Below are positions 39,013-48,420 of a DNA stretch of 64,000 bases, in pieces. The notes under the pieces were generated by a model that saw only the letters and a list, made by a program, of their open reading frames with translations, did not search any database and had not been told where the DNA came from. Every line of letters starts with the position of its first letter. The stretch's first letter is position 1. The stretch is from Candidatus Yonathbacteria bacterium RIFCSPLOWO2_01_FULL_43_27 (lineage in GTDB: Bacteria > Patescibacteriota > Minisyncoccia > Phycocordibacterales > UBA1550): the NCBI GenBank assembly GCA_001823545.1, contig MHUV01000006.1:27437-91436 (forward strand). Reading direction: 5' to 3'. Both the position numbers and the translations under genes were made by a program.

Positions 39013-39768
39013 CTAGAGAGAAGCCCCATCTCCTAACCCCATCTGTAATTTATATTGTTCGATCACCTCGGGATGTTTCCCTTCTTTACATTCTGCGACG
39101 AACGCATCAGCACGTGAGCCATCAGGAAATGTCATATACGCGAGCGCCCCTTCACAAATCGCATTAATATTGAGCTTCCCTTGCACGTCCGTACCCTGAA
39201 CGGGAACAAAGTGAACCGACTCAACGAGTGGTGAAAAATCTTTTCTAAGTTGAGACTCAGCATCAATAAACATTCCACTCATCAGATATACATAGTCCCC
39301 GTTCACGACAACAACATTATCTGAAGCATACAATCCATCTGCCATATATCTGATTGCCGGAGCACCGCCAACCACCACTTCGACAACATTACCTATCTTC
39401 AGGTTAATATTACTAAACTGAATATGCTTTTCAGCCCACGCGAGTGGAGTTTGTTTTTCTGTATTTTTAAATACCTGCAGGGCAATAGTTGCAGGGCCTT
39501 CACCTCCAACAGGTATATTTCTATTTACATCCTCACTTCTTATAAGAACAATAGTGCGCACTAACCCAGAAACAGTATTCACAACATTTGATTCTTCTAC
39601 GACATATCCTGAGGGGCCAACGAAATAATTGAACTCAAGGCCAATTTCTGGGTTCGAGTACGTTGCGATATTTCTTTGAGCCTGATTTTGAACATTATTA
39701 CTAATACCAAACACGTAAAAAAACAAACCAAGAATAACAGCGACCGCTAATACAATTAATTGCTTCAT
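39013..39768 (-). CDS. Hypothetical secreted/membrane-anchored protein
   Basis: N-terminal signal/TM segment. I recognise no conserved motifs. Confidence 0.3.
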   Translation of the reverse strand: MKQLIVLAVAVILGLFFYVFGISNNVQNQAQRNIATYSNPEIGLEFNYFVGPSGYVVEESNVVNTVSGLVRTIVLIRSEDVNRNIPVGGEGPATIALQVFKNTEKQTPLAWAEKHIQFSNINLKIGNVVEVVVGGAPAIRYMADGLYASDNVVVVNGDYVYLMSGMFIDAESQLRKDFSPLVESVHFVPVQGTDVQGKLNINAICEGALAYMTFPDGSRADAFVAECKEGKHPEVIEQYKLQMGLGDGASL

Positions 39769-39831
39769 AAAATATATAATTATTTTATTACCTAGTAAGT
39801 TACTATACTAAATAGCTTATCATATCGTCGG

Positions 39832-40467
39832 CTAATCTTGTACAAAAGGCACAAACACAAAGCCATAAAATTCACTTTTAGTAAACGTCCCGTCAGGATT
39901 TTTAATTTCTTTATAAATGCTTCCTTCGTGCGGGTACATCATTACACCACCCACCACAAGACTATCCCTCCACGATGACGGTACTCTTTTAACATCTGCC
40001 GCAACAATTATCCTGTCGAGTGGGCCGATGCCACAATCGGTTAATTCAGTGTCAGCACTTTTACAGAAAAATGATATTCTTTTCGCTAGTGCCGGATATT
40101 TTTCTATATTATTTTTTCCAAACCGGCAAAGCGCTTCAATTATTTCAAAGGCATAGACATGTCCGTGCACACCGACTATATAAGATAGGAGTGCTGTTTG
40201 CCAACCAGAACCATATCCCACATCCATCACCCGTTGACCTTCTTTAACTTCAAGTAATTCCAACATAAAAACAACGGTGTAAGGTTGCGATATGGTCTGC
40301 CCGTGACCAATAGACAATGATTCATCCTCATACGCAAGTGAAGAGAGTTTTTTTGGGACAAAATCTATTCTATCTACGGCACGCAAAGATTGCTCTATTG
40401 ATTTAGATTTTAAAACTCCTTTTAATATTAGTTCACTAATTAAACGCTCTATTTCTAATTGATTCAT
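39832..40467 (-). CDS. pcm: Protein-L-isoaspartate O-methyltransferase
   Basis: GQTISQPYTV...VMDVGYGSGWQTALLSYIVG. Confidence 0.75.
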   Translation of the reverse strand: MNQLEIERLISELILKGVLKSKSIEQSLRAVDRIDFVPKKLSSLAYEDESLSIGHGQTISQPYTVVFMLELLEVKEGQRVMDVGYGSGWQTALLSYIVGVHGHVYAFEIIEALCRFGKNNIEKYPALAKRISFFCKSADTELTDCGIGPLDRIIVAADVKRVPSSWRDSLVVGGVMMYPHEGSIYKEIKNPDGTFTKSEFYGFVFVPFVQD

Positions 40468-40516
40468 GATCTAATTGGAAACTTTTTTAACAAAAAAAAC
40501 AGAGAGTAAACATTAA

Positions 40517-40951
40517 TTATTCTGTAACTATTATTGTGCCTTTCATGAAAGGGTGTGGTGTGCAATGATATTTGAATGTACCTACCGTATTGAAGACGCG
40601 GTTGTAATTTTCATTGGTAGAAAGACTCAGACTACCAAACTCCCCCGTATCACTTGTAGCAGTATGAGCAACAGAATCTTTATTGATCCACACAATACTG
40701 TCCCCTTTTTTTATGGTTATTAAGGTTGGCGAGAAAGCAAAATTCTGTATTGAGATAGCATGAGTGGTCTTAGGAACGTCAGGTGAAGTTGGCACAGAAA
40801 CTGAATTCTGATTCTGTGGGATAACAGGAGTAGAATTATTATTAAATTCGACGGGAATCTGTGGAGCTGAATTCCTGTTTATGGAAAAATAAAATCCTCC
40901 AATAGCAAGCAATGCAATGACTGCCAGTATGACAATATATTTTGTATTCAT
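40517..40951 (-). CDS. Membrane-anchored cupredoxin (plastocyanin/azurin-like blue copper protein)
   Basis: N-terminal TM, then the type-1 Cu ligand pattern ...H...YHCTPHPFMKG. The start is set at internal Met 40951 to avoid overlap with the upstream gene. Confidence 0.7.
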   Translation of the reverse strand: MNTKYIVILAVIALLAIGGFYFSINRNSAPQIPVEFNNNSTPVIPQNQNSVSVPTSPDVPKTTHAISIQNFAFSPTLITIKKGDSIVWINKDSVAHTATSDTGEFGSLSLSTNENYNRVFNTVGTFKYHCTPHPFMKGTIIVTE

Positions 40952-41051
40952 AGCATTATAATGAGTTAGGTACACTAATAACATCATTATAACACTTTCT
41001 GCGACACAAATAAGTATGTCTGGATATTGAGCAAAGAGACGTAAAAGAGAA

Positions 41052-41453
41052 TTAGAGCGGAGTCTTAATGGTTTTATAGTATTCCCGAAGTGACGAAAAC
41101 TTCCCTTCTCTTGTACCAAAAATAGCAACCTCAGACATTTCTATCCGAAGGTTACGTTTTGTGTCAATAAATTCAGCATCCCACTCAGCAATTACATTCT
41201 TGCCATCAATCCAAATATTTCGCAGATGAAAATGAATGTCATCTTGCTCACCGATAACCTTAGAGATCCAATACTTGTGTATCGCATCTCTTCCATTATT
41301 AACTGGCTCTTTCGGGTCGTCGTACGTCGCATCTTCGGTAAAAATAGTAATGATAAGTTCTGGATCTTTTGTCTCCCATGCTTTTCCATAAATTTCAATA
41401 AGTTTTGTTGCTTCTTCCTTTGTCATAATCTTATTTTCTATTTTTAACATCAA
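41052..41453 (-). CDS. NTF2-like / SnoaL-like domain protein
   Basis: LIEIYGKAWETKDPELIITIFTEDATYDDP pattern of SnoaL/DUF4440-like proteins. Confidence 0.5.
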   Translation of the reverse strand: MMLKIENKIMTKEEATKLIEIYGKAWETKDPELIITIFTEDATYDDPKEPVNNGRDAIHKYWISKVIGEQDDIHFHLRNIWIDGKNVIAEWDAEFIDTKRNLRIEMSEVAIFGTREGKFSSLREYYKTIKTPL

Positions 41454-41466
41454 TCCTATCGAAGTG

Positions 41467-41537
41467 CTGCGGGGCTTGGATTCGAACCAAGGTGACAGCT
41501 TTCAGAGAGCTGCATCCTACCACTAGATGATCCCGCA
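41467..41537 (-). tRNA. tRNA-Gln (anticodon CTG)
   Basis: Manual fold: U1-A72 (typical of bacterial tRNA-Gln), D-stem CATC/GATG, anticodon stem CAGCT/AGCTG with loop CTCTGAA, T-arm CTTGG-TTCGAAT-CCAAG, discriminator G. Confidence 0.7.
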
Positions 41538-41541
41538 ATAT

Positions 41542-42243
41542 CTATTTATAATCTCTAAAACTTAAAACTTCCATCGCCCGATAAACCTCGTCTTTTTTGG
41601 AAATCTGAATTTGATCCTTGCTTTTATGAGGACTGAACCCTAACCTTTTCATTAACTCAAACACGTTATTAAGCATCGAGATATTTCTATTCGCAAAAAG
41701 GAACTTATGGGTATATGTTTGTTCATGGACACAGAAACTTCCCTCCGCTTCATATAAACCACGGAGATACCTTATCATATATTCTCTTTTTTTTAAAATC
41801 CATTCTGGAACAGTGATTATTAGGTCTTTCCGCGCCCCAACAGCAATTCCAATCCTTTTGCTAATTAATTTTTCATAGACACCGATTTTCGTTGAATTAG
41901 TTTGATTGCTTGAGATAATATACGGCTTCTTCTTAAACACCTTCTCTATAATATCCGCGTATCTTTCAATAAAACCAGAATTATTTGAATTTGATATTAA
42001 GCGTAATTCCTCACAACGAGGATACTTGCAAATGTGGCCATCTCCAAGAATAACACCAATAAGTTCTGCAAGATCCCCATTTTTCTTTAGTGGTAAGTAA
42101 TCAGATTTGACCTTCCCAAGAGCTTTCATTTTCTCCCTCCACACTTTAAAGTTATCAATCTTCCTCAACCTCATCGTATCGGAAATTTTCTTTACTGAAA
42201 GATTTGTATCCTTCGTCTTCCCTTTATTCCAATTACGTGGCAT
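41542..42243 (-). CDS. Free-standing double-motif LAGLIDADG homing endonuclease-like protein
   Basis: Two LAGLIDADG-type motifs: ELIGVILGDGHI and YLRGLYEAEGSF. Confidence 0.6.
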   Translation of the reverse strand: MPRNWNKGKTKDTNLSVKKISDTMRLRKIDNFKVWREKMKALGKVKSDYLPLKKNGDLAELIGVILGDGHICKYPRCEELRLISNSNNSGFIERYADIIEKVFKKKPYIISSNQTNSTKIGVYEKLISKRIGIAVGARKDLIITVPEWILKKREYMIRYLRGLYEAEGSFCVHEQTYTHKFLFANRNISMLNNVFELMKRLGFSPHKSKDQIQISKKDEVYRAMEVLSFRDYK

Positions 42244-42322
42244 ATAAATATTATACCATATTATCTATTGACCATTAGATGATACTCGCGACACCAAGAA
42301 ATATCTTTAAATTCTCTCTCCC

Positions 42323-43969
42323 CTATTCTTGAGTTTTTTTCTGTGCACCAACTACCTTTATAAACGCGCTAAAAATTGGATGTGGGTTCAAAGGATTTGC
42401 TTTGAATTCTGGGTGGAATTGAGTACCGAGGAAAAAAGGATGGTCTTTTTTGGAGAGTTCAGCAATTTCCATCAAGGCACCGTCGGGGGATGTGCCAGAA
42501 AATACCAGTCCTGCTTTTTCAATACGCTCGATGTATGCGGGGTTTACTTCAAAGCGATGACGATGACGCTCGTCGATGTTATCCACGCCATACGCCGTAC
42601 GCGCGATTGTTCCCTTTTTCAAAACAGCAGGGCACGTACCGAGACGCATACTGCCACCATACTTCCCATTCTTAAGCACTTCTTTCTGCGATTCCATAAT
42701 ATCAATAACGAGGTTTGAAGATTTTGGATCAATCTCGCGCGATGTTGCGTCTTTCAAACCGAGCACATTTCGTGCATATTCAACAACCGCAAGTTGCATA
42801 CCATAACAAATACCAAAATACGGAATCTTGTGTTCACGTGCATAACGAATGACATTCAAGATACCTTCGATACCACGCGTCCCAAAACCTCCCGGCACGA
42901 GAATGCCATCAAACGTAGCGAGTTCAGAAAGGGGCGGTTTTACACCCTCGAACTGCGCTGCAGAGAGCCACACCAGCTCCGCGCGTTTTCCTTGCGCATA
43001 CGCGGAATATTTAATCGCCTCGATAACAGAAATGTACGAATCCGCAAACATAAAATCGCCCGTATCAAAATATTTTCCCACCACGGCGATGCGGACGGTA
43101 TCTTTTGCGCGATGTACCTTACGCACAAACCCCTCCCATTCATTCCACGACTTGTCCTTACCACGACTTTTAAGTTTAAGACGCTTCAATATTTTTTCTC
43201 CCAATTTATCTTTTTCAAAATTACCCGGCACGTCATACACGCTATCAACATCCGGCGCCGAGATCACATTTTCAGGAAGGATATTACAAAAGAGTGCGAG
43301 TTTTTCTTTTCGTTTTTCATCGAGCGCAATATTGCTACGTGCGATGATAAAGTCTGGCTGGATGCCCGTACTATTGAGCGCGCGAACTGCATGTTGTGTT
43401 GGCTTGGTCTTCATCTCACCCACCGTTGATGGTGTGGGGAGATAGGAAACGATAGCAAACAGCACATCATCAGGGTTTCTAATCTTCAACATACGCGCTG
43501 TTTCCAAGAAAAGAATATTTTCATACTCGCCAACCGTACCACCCACTTCAATCACCACGATATCCGCTTTGGCATGATCGGCCGCGCGGTTAATACGGTC
43601 TATTACTTCGTACGGGATATGAGGGACCACCTGTACGCATTTGCCTTTGTACGCAAGCGCGCGCTCCTTTTCGATGACCGACAAATATACGCGCCCTGTC
43701 GTCATATAGTTATCGCGCGTGAGCGGTATTCCCAAAAAACGCTCATAGTTCCCCATATCCTGATCCGTCTCATCGCCATCGTTCAACACAAACACTTCGC
43801 CATGTTCGGTAGGATTCATCGTACCCGCATCGATATTCACATACGGATCAATCTTCATCGCGGTCACCCGATAGCCGTGCGATTGCAATATTTTTCCTAT
43901 AGAAGAGGTGGTAATCCCCTTGCCGACACCAGAAATAACGCCACCTACTACGAAAATATATTTGCGCAT
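42323..43969 (-). CDS. pyrG: CTP synthase
   Basis: Full-length PyrG: N-terminal synthetase GGVISGVGKG, C-terminal GATase with GICYGMQ. Confidence 0.95.
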   Translation of the reverse strand: MRKYIFVVGGVISGVGKGITTSSIGKILQSHGYRVTAMKIDPYVNIDAGTMNPTEHGEVFVLNDGDETDQDMGNYERFLGIPLTRDNYMTTGRVYLSVIEKERALAYKGKCVQVVPHIPYEVIDRINRAADHAKADIVVIEVGGTVGEYENILFLETARMLKIRNPDDVLFAIVSYLPTPSTVGEMKTKPTQHAVRALNSTGIQPDFIIARSNIALDEKRKEKLALFCNILPENVISAPDVDSVYDVPGNFEKDKLGEKILKRLKLKSRGKDKSWNEWEGFVRKVHRAKDTVRIAVVGKYFDTGDFMFADSYISVIEAIKYSAYAQGKRAELVWLSAAQFEGVKPPLSELATFDGILVPGGFGTRGIEGILNVIRYAREHKIPYFGICYGMQLAVVEYARNVLGLKDATSREIDPKSSNLVIDIMESQKEVLKNGKYGGSMRLGTCPAVLKKGTIARTAYGVDNIDERHRHRFEVNPAYIERIEKAGLVFSGTSPDGALMEIAELSKKDHPFFLGTQFHPEFKANPLNPHPIFSAFIKVVGAQKKTQE

Positions 43970-43983
43970 GTTTAAAATTTATC

Positions 43984-44910
43984 TTAATTGTTTAAATACT
44001 TTCTCACGGCGAGATAACTCGATACCGCACCGAGAACCACACCCGAGAGAATGATGATAGAAAAAATCTGTATGAAATTTGCCACAAAGTAGTGCAAGAG
44101 ATCAATGCCTCCATAAAATCCTTTCGTAGTATTTTTCAGCCAATAGGTGACTGGATAAAAGAGAATGATAGTAATAACCCCTGCAACAAGTCCATAAATA
44201 ATTCCCTCAACAACAAACGGGCCACGAATATACCCGTGCTCACCTCCCACAAGACGCATCACGCCGATTTCTTCACGTGCGATAAAGATAGCGAGACGAA
44301 TCGTATTAAACGTAATGAGCACTGAAATGCCAATCATAACGGCAGTAATGAAACTTCCCAATTTTTTCACGCCCGCAATAAGGCGCGCAAGACGGTCGAT
44401 AGCAACCTTATTATCGTTGTAATTTACCTTATCAACAATAGAAATTAAATCTGTAGAAAAAGAGCTTTTCTTTTCCAAAAATGTCGCTATCCCTTCATAG
44501 TGAGATGGTTCTTTTGCATTGATATTGAGTACTGCCGTCAAAGGGTTCTCCCCTACCTCTTCGAGTGCCTGAAGGATGCGCTGATCATTTTCGTGACGAA
44601 CACGGAATTGTTCGAGTGCCTGTTCGCGAGAGATATACGTAACTGCTTTCACTTCAGGAAGCGCCTCGAGCCTCTTTTTAAGGTCCATAATCGATGATTC
44701 TGGTGCCGTGCGAGTCAGATAAATATTAACATCAATTTTACCCTGAAGTTCTTTGAGTGCGGTGCCGAGAAATGCCGTCAAAAGGAGTGTTGCAGCGACG
44801 AGTGAAAGCGCGATAATCATCACAAATACCGCCGAGAGAGAAACGCTTCCATTACGCCAAAAATTAATAAACCCTGCTTTAAAAATTCGCTTGGTGTTTG
44901 TCCAAAACAT
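43984..44910 (-). CDS. FtsX-like permease
   Basis: FtsX N-terminal pattern and four TM helices with a large periplasmic loop. Confidence 0.7.
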   Translation of the reverse strand: MFWTNTKRIFKAGFINFWRNGSVSLSAVFVMIIALSLVAATLLLTAFLGTALKELQGKIDVNIYLTRTAPESSIMDLKKRLEALPEVKAVTYISREQALEQFRVRHENDQRILQALEEVGENPLTAVLNINAKEPSHYEGIATFLEKKSSFSTDLISIVDKVNYNDNKVAIDRLARLIAGVKKLGSFITAVMIGISVLITFNTIRLAIFIAREEIGVMRLVGGEHGYIRGPFVVEGIIYGLVAGVITIILFYPVTYWLKNTTKGFYGGIDLLHYFVANFIQIFSIIILSGVVLGAVSSYLAVRKYLNN

Positions 44911-45082
44911 ACTGCCATCTTACCATCTTTTTTATCCCGCGCAAAACAATATGCAAGAGATAGTGATAAATCGTTATAGTTGACCATTTTTACACAAAAA
45001 CAAGCGATTGTTTCTATCTTTTACGATTGAATATGTGGTAATTCTACAAAAACATCTTTATGTAAGACATTTTGTTGTGTAA

Positions 45083-45877
45083 TTAATTCCCGAATGTCAT
45101 TAGATTCGAACTCTCATATTTTTTTACTCCTGCAGTAAATAACTTAAGAGATAGCAAGAACCAGACAATAGCGACGACTGATACAATAACGAGTTTTTCA
45201 AGAGATACGTCCCTTACAATTTCCACCGGTAAAGCACCAGCAATCAAAGAAGGGATAAAGAACGTAAAAATAAATCGAGTCGCTCCTTGAAATGACCCTC
45301 CGTGAAAAAGTGTAGGGGTTAAGAACAATTCAAAAAGGCTACTCGTCACCGCGTGTGCGTCAGTAAACAAAAAACTTGCCGACATGACCGCAATCAACGC
45401 CGCGAGGAATACCATAGTCGAGACAACCACCAAGAAAACCATCAGGATAATTTGCACGATACTAATATGAATCAAAAAACTATAGACTCCTAAACATACG
45501 AGACCGAAGACTATATCCCCGATCGCTGAAGCGCTGAAACGAGAAGTCGCTATCCTTATCAATAAATTCTTTGGAGAAACCATAAACCTATCAAAGCTTC
45601 CGCTCGAGACATATTCCGCAGTCAATCCAATACCTGAGGCAATAGAGTGGACAACGCCATACGACAACGAACTAAACCCTAACAGGCCGATGATATCAGC
45701 CGCAGTCCAACCATGTATCACACCAACCGATTTTACAAAGAAAACCCAAATAATAATGAATGCGGTATTATTGATTGTCATACCGACAATATTCATCAAA
45801 AAACTCGTGCGGAGTTCCGCACTGCTTTGAATATTCTTCTTGATCGCATAGAGCGCAAAACTTAGTTCTTTTATCAT
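45083..45877 (-). CDS. ABC-2 type transporter permease
   Basis: Six TM helices. The start is set at internal Met (MIKELSFALY). The track ORF extends to 45994. Confidence 0.6.
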   Translation of the reverse strand: MIKELSFALYAIKKNIQSSAELRTSFLMNIVGMTINNTAFIIIWVFFVKSVGVIHGWTAADIIGLLGFSSLSYGVVHSIASGIGLTAEYVSSGSFDRFMVSPKNLLIRIATSRFSASAIGDIVFGLVCLGVYSFLIHISIVQIILMVFLVVVSTMVFLAALIAVMSASFLFTDAHAVTSSLFELFLTPTLFHGGSFQGATRFIFTFFIPSLIAGALPVEIVRDVSLEKLVIVSVVAIVWFLLSLKLFTAGVKKYESSNLMTFGN

Positions 45878-45885
45878 AAATATAA

Positions 45886-46686
45886 TTATCCCCCATTTAC
45901 AGAAACCTTCTTTCTCGCTTTCGCAAAAAGCAAAAGAGTAATCACCAAGAATGCAACGACCCAGAAAACTTGTATCCCTACCTTCATCATCCATTCAACA
46001 CCCCATGTCTCATAAACAGTGTGGGTCACAAACTGTGATGCGCCAAAAGGACTCCATACCGCAAACTTATACATAAGGTCCGGGAATAAGGCAACGGGCA
46101 GATATGACCCACCAAGGATCATCACCGTCTTGTCGACGACCCAAAAGACTGGATCAATATCTTCGATCCAAAAAGCCAATAGCCCAACTGCAGTATATAA
46201 AAATAAAGAAAGGAGCACCCCAAGAAGTACCACGATAACAAGGGTGGGGATAAAAATACGTGCCGACATTGTTTCGGGAATCCCTACAATGAAGGCAAGT
46301 GCAATTACTCCAACAAGAGAGATAACTAGAAATGAGTAGAGCCCTGTACCTACTTGCCACCACATCCGATATGAGAGATATGAGATCGGTTTACACAATA
46401 GTATTTCAACAGTCCCCGAACGAATGTCCCGCATAATTTCTTTCGAAATACCTCTCAAGCGAAGCACTGAGAACGCAAAGTAGAGAAACATGCTCCACGC
46501 AGCGATCAAAAATGTCGTACCATTAACCATGCCGTTATTCAAGCGGAATACATACCAGTACAAGAGAAGAAGTACGCCACAACGAGCGACCATACCAAAC
46601 GTATCGACCATGAGTTTGCCGGGATAATAAATACGATCCCTAACGAGCGTTTGAATTATTTTACTACCGAGCCGGATTACTTTCAT
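45886..46686 (-). CDS. ABC-2 type transporter permease
   Basis: Six TM helices. The start is set at internal Met ([11 protein letters not shown]). The track ORF extends to 46800. Confidence 0.6.
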   Translation of the reverse strand: MKVIRLGSKIIQTLVRDRIYYPGKLMVDTFGMVARCGVLLLLYWYVFRLNNGMVNGTTFLIAAWSMFLYFAFSVLRLRGISKEIMRDIRSGTVEILLCKPISYLSYRMWWQVGTGLYSFLVISLVGVIALAFIVGIPETMSARIFIPTLVIVVLLGVLLSLFLYTAVGLLAFWIEDIDPVFWVVDKTVMILGGSYLPVALFPDLMYKFAVWSPFGASQFVTHTVYETWGVEWMMKVGIQVFWVVAFLVITLLLFAKARKKVSVNGG

Positions 46687-47659
46687 AAATATTTCTAATG
46701 ATTGTTTCAAGATCGGTATCATAAACATTAATATCATCAACCATAAACACGTCGAGGAGTTTACGGAGTGCCTCTTGAACACCAATTTTACTAATATCAA
46801 TAATCACAGTTATCTTATCCTTACTCTTTACGGCATACTTCAAACCTTCCGGCAACTCAGGAAATACGCTGAATGTAGTATTCGGGGTAATATCGATGTT
46901 CTTTTCCTTTACAAAGGTACGTGCTAATTCTTGTGTTGGTAAATCTTTGACCAGCGTGCCGTGGTTGATGACGATTGTTCTTTCACACAAAGACTCAATA
47001 TCACCCACGTCATGTGATGTTAAGAAAATTGTTGTATTCTCTTCTTTATTTATCTTGAGGAGCAGGTCGCGAAATGATTTCTTTGCCACTACATCAAGCC
47101 CGATAGTCGGTTCGTCAAGAAAAATAATCTTCGGTTTGTGTATCAAAGACACAACAACTTCCGCTCTCATACGTTGACCGAGAGAGAGTTTTCGAACTGG
47201 CTGATCAATGAACGAACCAAGATCGAAAAGCTCCGAAAGCTCCTTGATACGGTGACGAATTTCCCGATCGCTCAGATCATACATAACACCAAAGAATTCA
47301 AGTGAGTCAGTGAGGGGCAGGTTTGGAAGTAACTGGGAGCGTTGCCCGAAAACAGTTCCAATCTTGTACGCAAGTTTTTTTCGATCATTAGATGGATCAA
47401 GACCAAGTACACGTATTTCTCCTGAAGTTGGGAACAATATACCCGTAAGCATCTTAATGGTTGTTGATTTTCCAGCACCGTTCGGACCAATGAACGCCAC
47501 GCGCTCACCACTCTTTACCGAGAAAGAAATATCGTCAACCGCTGTGATCTCTTTAATCTCCGGGTTGAAAAGATTTTTAATCCACCCTACGGATGGATTT
47601 TTTATTGGAAATGAAAAACTCTTTGAGAGACTCGAAACAACAATAGAATCTTGGTCCAT
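46664..47659 (-). CDS. ABC transporter ATP-binding protein (ABC-2 subfamily) with C-terminal extension
   Basis: Walker [10 protein letters not shown], signature LSLGQRMR, Walker [13 protein letters not shown]. Confidence 0.9.
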   Translation of the reverse strand: MDQDSIVVSSLSKSFSFPIKNPSVGWIKNLFNPEIKEITAVDDISFSVKSGERVAFIGPNGAGKSTTIKMLTGILFPTSGEIRVLGLDPSNDRKKLAYKIGTVFGQRSQLLPNLPLTDSLEFFGVMYDLSDREIRHRIKELSELFDLGSFIDQPVRKLSLGQRMRAEVVVSLIHKPKIIFLDEPTIGLDVVAKKSFRDLLLKINKEENTTIFLTSHDVGDIESLCERTIVINHGTLVKDLPTQELARTFVKEKNIDITPNTTFSVFPELPEGLKYAVKSKDKITVIIDISKIGVQEALRKLLDVFMVDDINVYDTDLETIIRNIYESNPAR

Positions 47660-47741
47660 AAATGCAGTATATCCTAATCCCCGACACTTTCATATATGGA
47701 TATTATACGTAAACATATTCACATCCAAAACACCCCCACCC

Positions 47742-47905
47742 CTACTCTTGTGGCAATTCTACAAAAAACGTCGTTCCCTTCCCTGTGGCCGTATCAAACC
47801 ATACTTTACCGCCGTGCGCGTCAACGATTTTTTTGACGCTGAAAAGTCCGTAGCCGGTGGAATGGACGTTTACTTTCGTTCTTCGTAATTCTTTAAATAT
47901 TCCCT
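47742..47905 (-). pseudogene. Truncated duplicate of the 3' end (HATPase_c tail) of the histidine kinase gene at 51128-52669
   Basis: Reverse-strand frame encodes GIFKELRRTKVNVHSTGYGLFSVKKIVDAHGGKVWFDTATGKGTTFFVELPQE*, nearly identical to the kinase C-terminus. It has no start codon; an in-frame TGA lies at 47925-47927. It overlaps the 3' end of the NUDIX gene in another frame. Confidence 0.8.
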
Positions 47906-48415
47906 TAAAAACTCCGAGTCTCTCACAATATTGAAAGCAGTGTTGTAAAAAATTATTTCTCCAGCGCTAACTTTTTTATCTTGTATCTCAAAGATATTTT
48001 TTAACTTTTTTTTACTTACCCACACGACATTTAGACCGTTCTCAATTTCACTTTTTGTTCTAGTATCTTTTTTTACTTTTTTTATCGCACGAGCAACAAA
48101 ACAAGTAGTTATATATTTTTTAGCATCTCTATCTCTAAGTTCCTTGATTGTGCCGATTATACCGAGAATTTCAACTTCCTGATTTATTTCTTCAAGACAC
48201 TCTCTAGTAATCTCTGATTCTAAATTATTATTTTCTGCGCCACCACCAGGAAATGAATAGAGATTGTGTATAGGGTTTGTAACTAAAGCTACTTCCCCTT
48301 TTTCATTAAAAACAATAGCCTTAACAGTTTGTCGTTCTGCGTACTCTATTGGTTTTTCTATTTTACTGCTAGAAAAAATATCAGAATCTTTCAAGATTTT
48401 TAGATATTGCGTCAT
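47870..48415 (-). CDS. NUDIX hydrolase
   Basis: NUDIX box GGGAENNNLESEITRECLEEINQEV. Confidence 0.8.
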   Translation of the reverse strand: MTQYLKILKDSDIFSSSKIEKPIEYAERQTVKAIVFNEKGEVALVTNPIHNLYSFPGGGAENNNLESEITRECLEEINQEVEILGIIGTIKELRDRDAKKYITTCFVARAIKKVKKDTRTKSEIENGLNVVWVSKKKLKNIFEIQDKKVSAGEIIFYNTAFNIVRDSEFLREYLKNYEERK

Positions 48416-48420
48416 AAATT

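Noticed and set aside
42794-43445. Two ~200-aa + strand ORFs
   Set aside because: Antisense to pyrG. Arg/Phe-rich, no motifs.
47310-47888. 192-aa + strand ORF
   Set aside because: Antisense to the ABC ATPase gene and the histidine-kinase fragment. Artefact.
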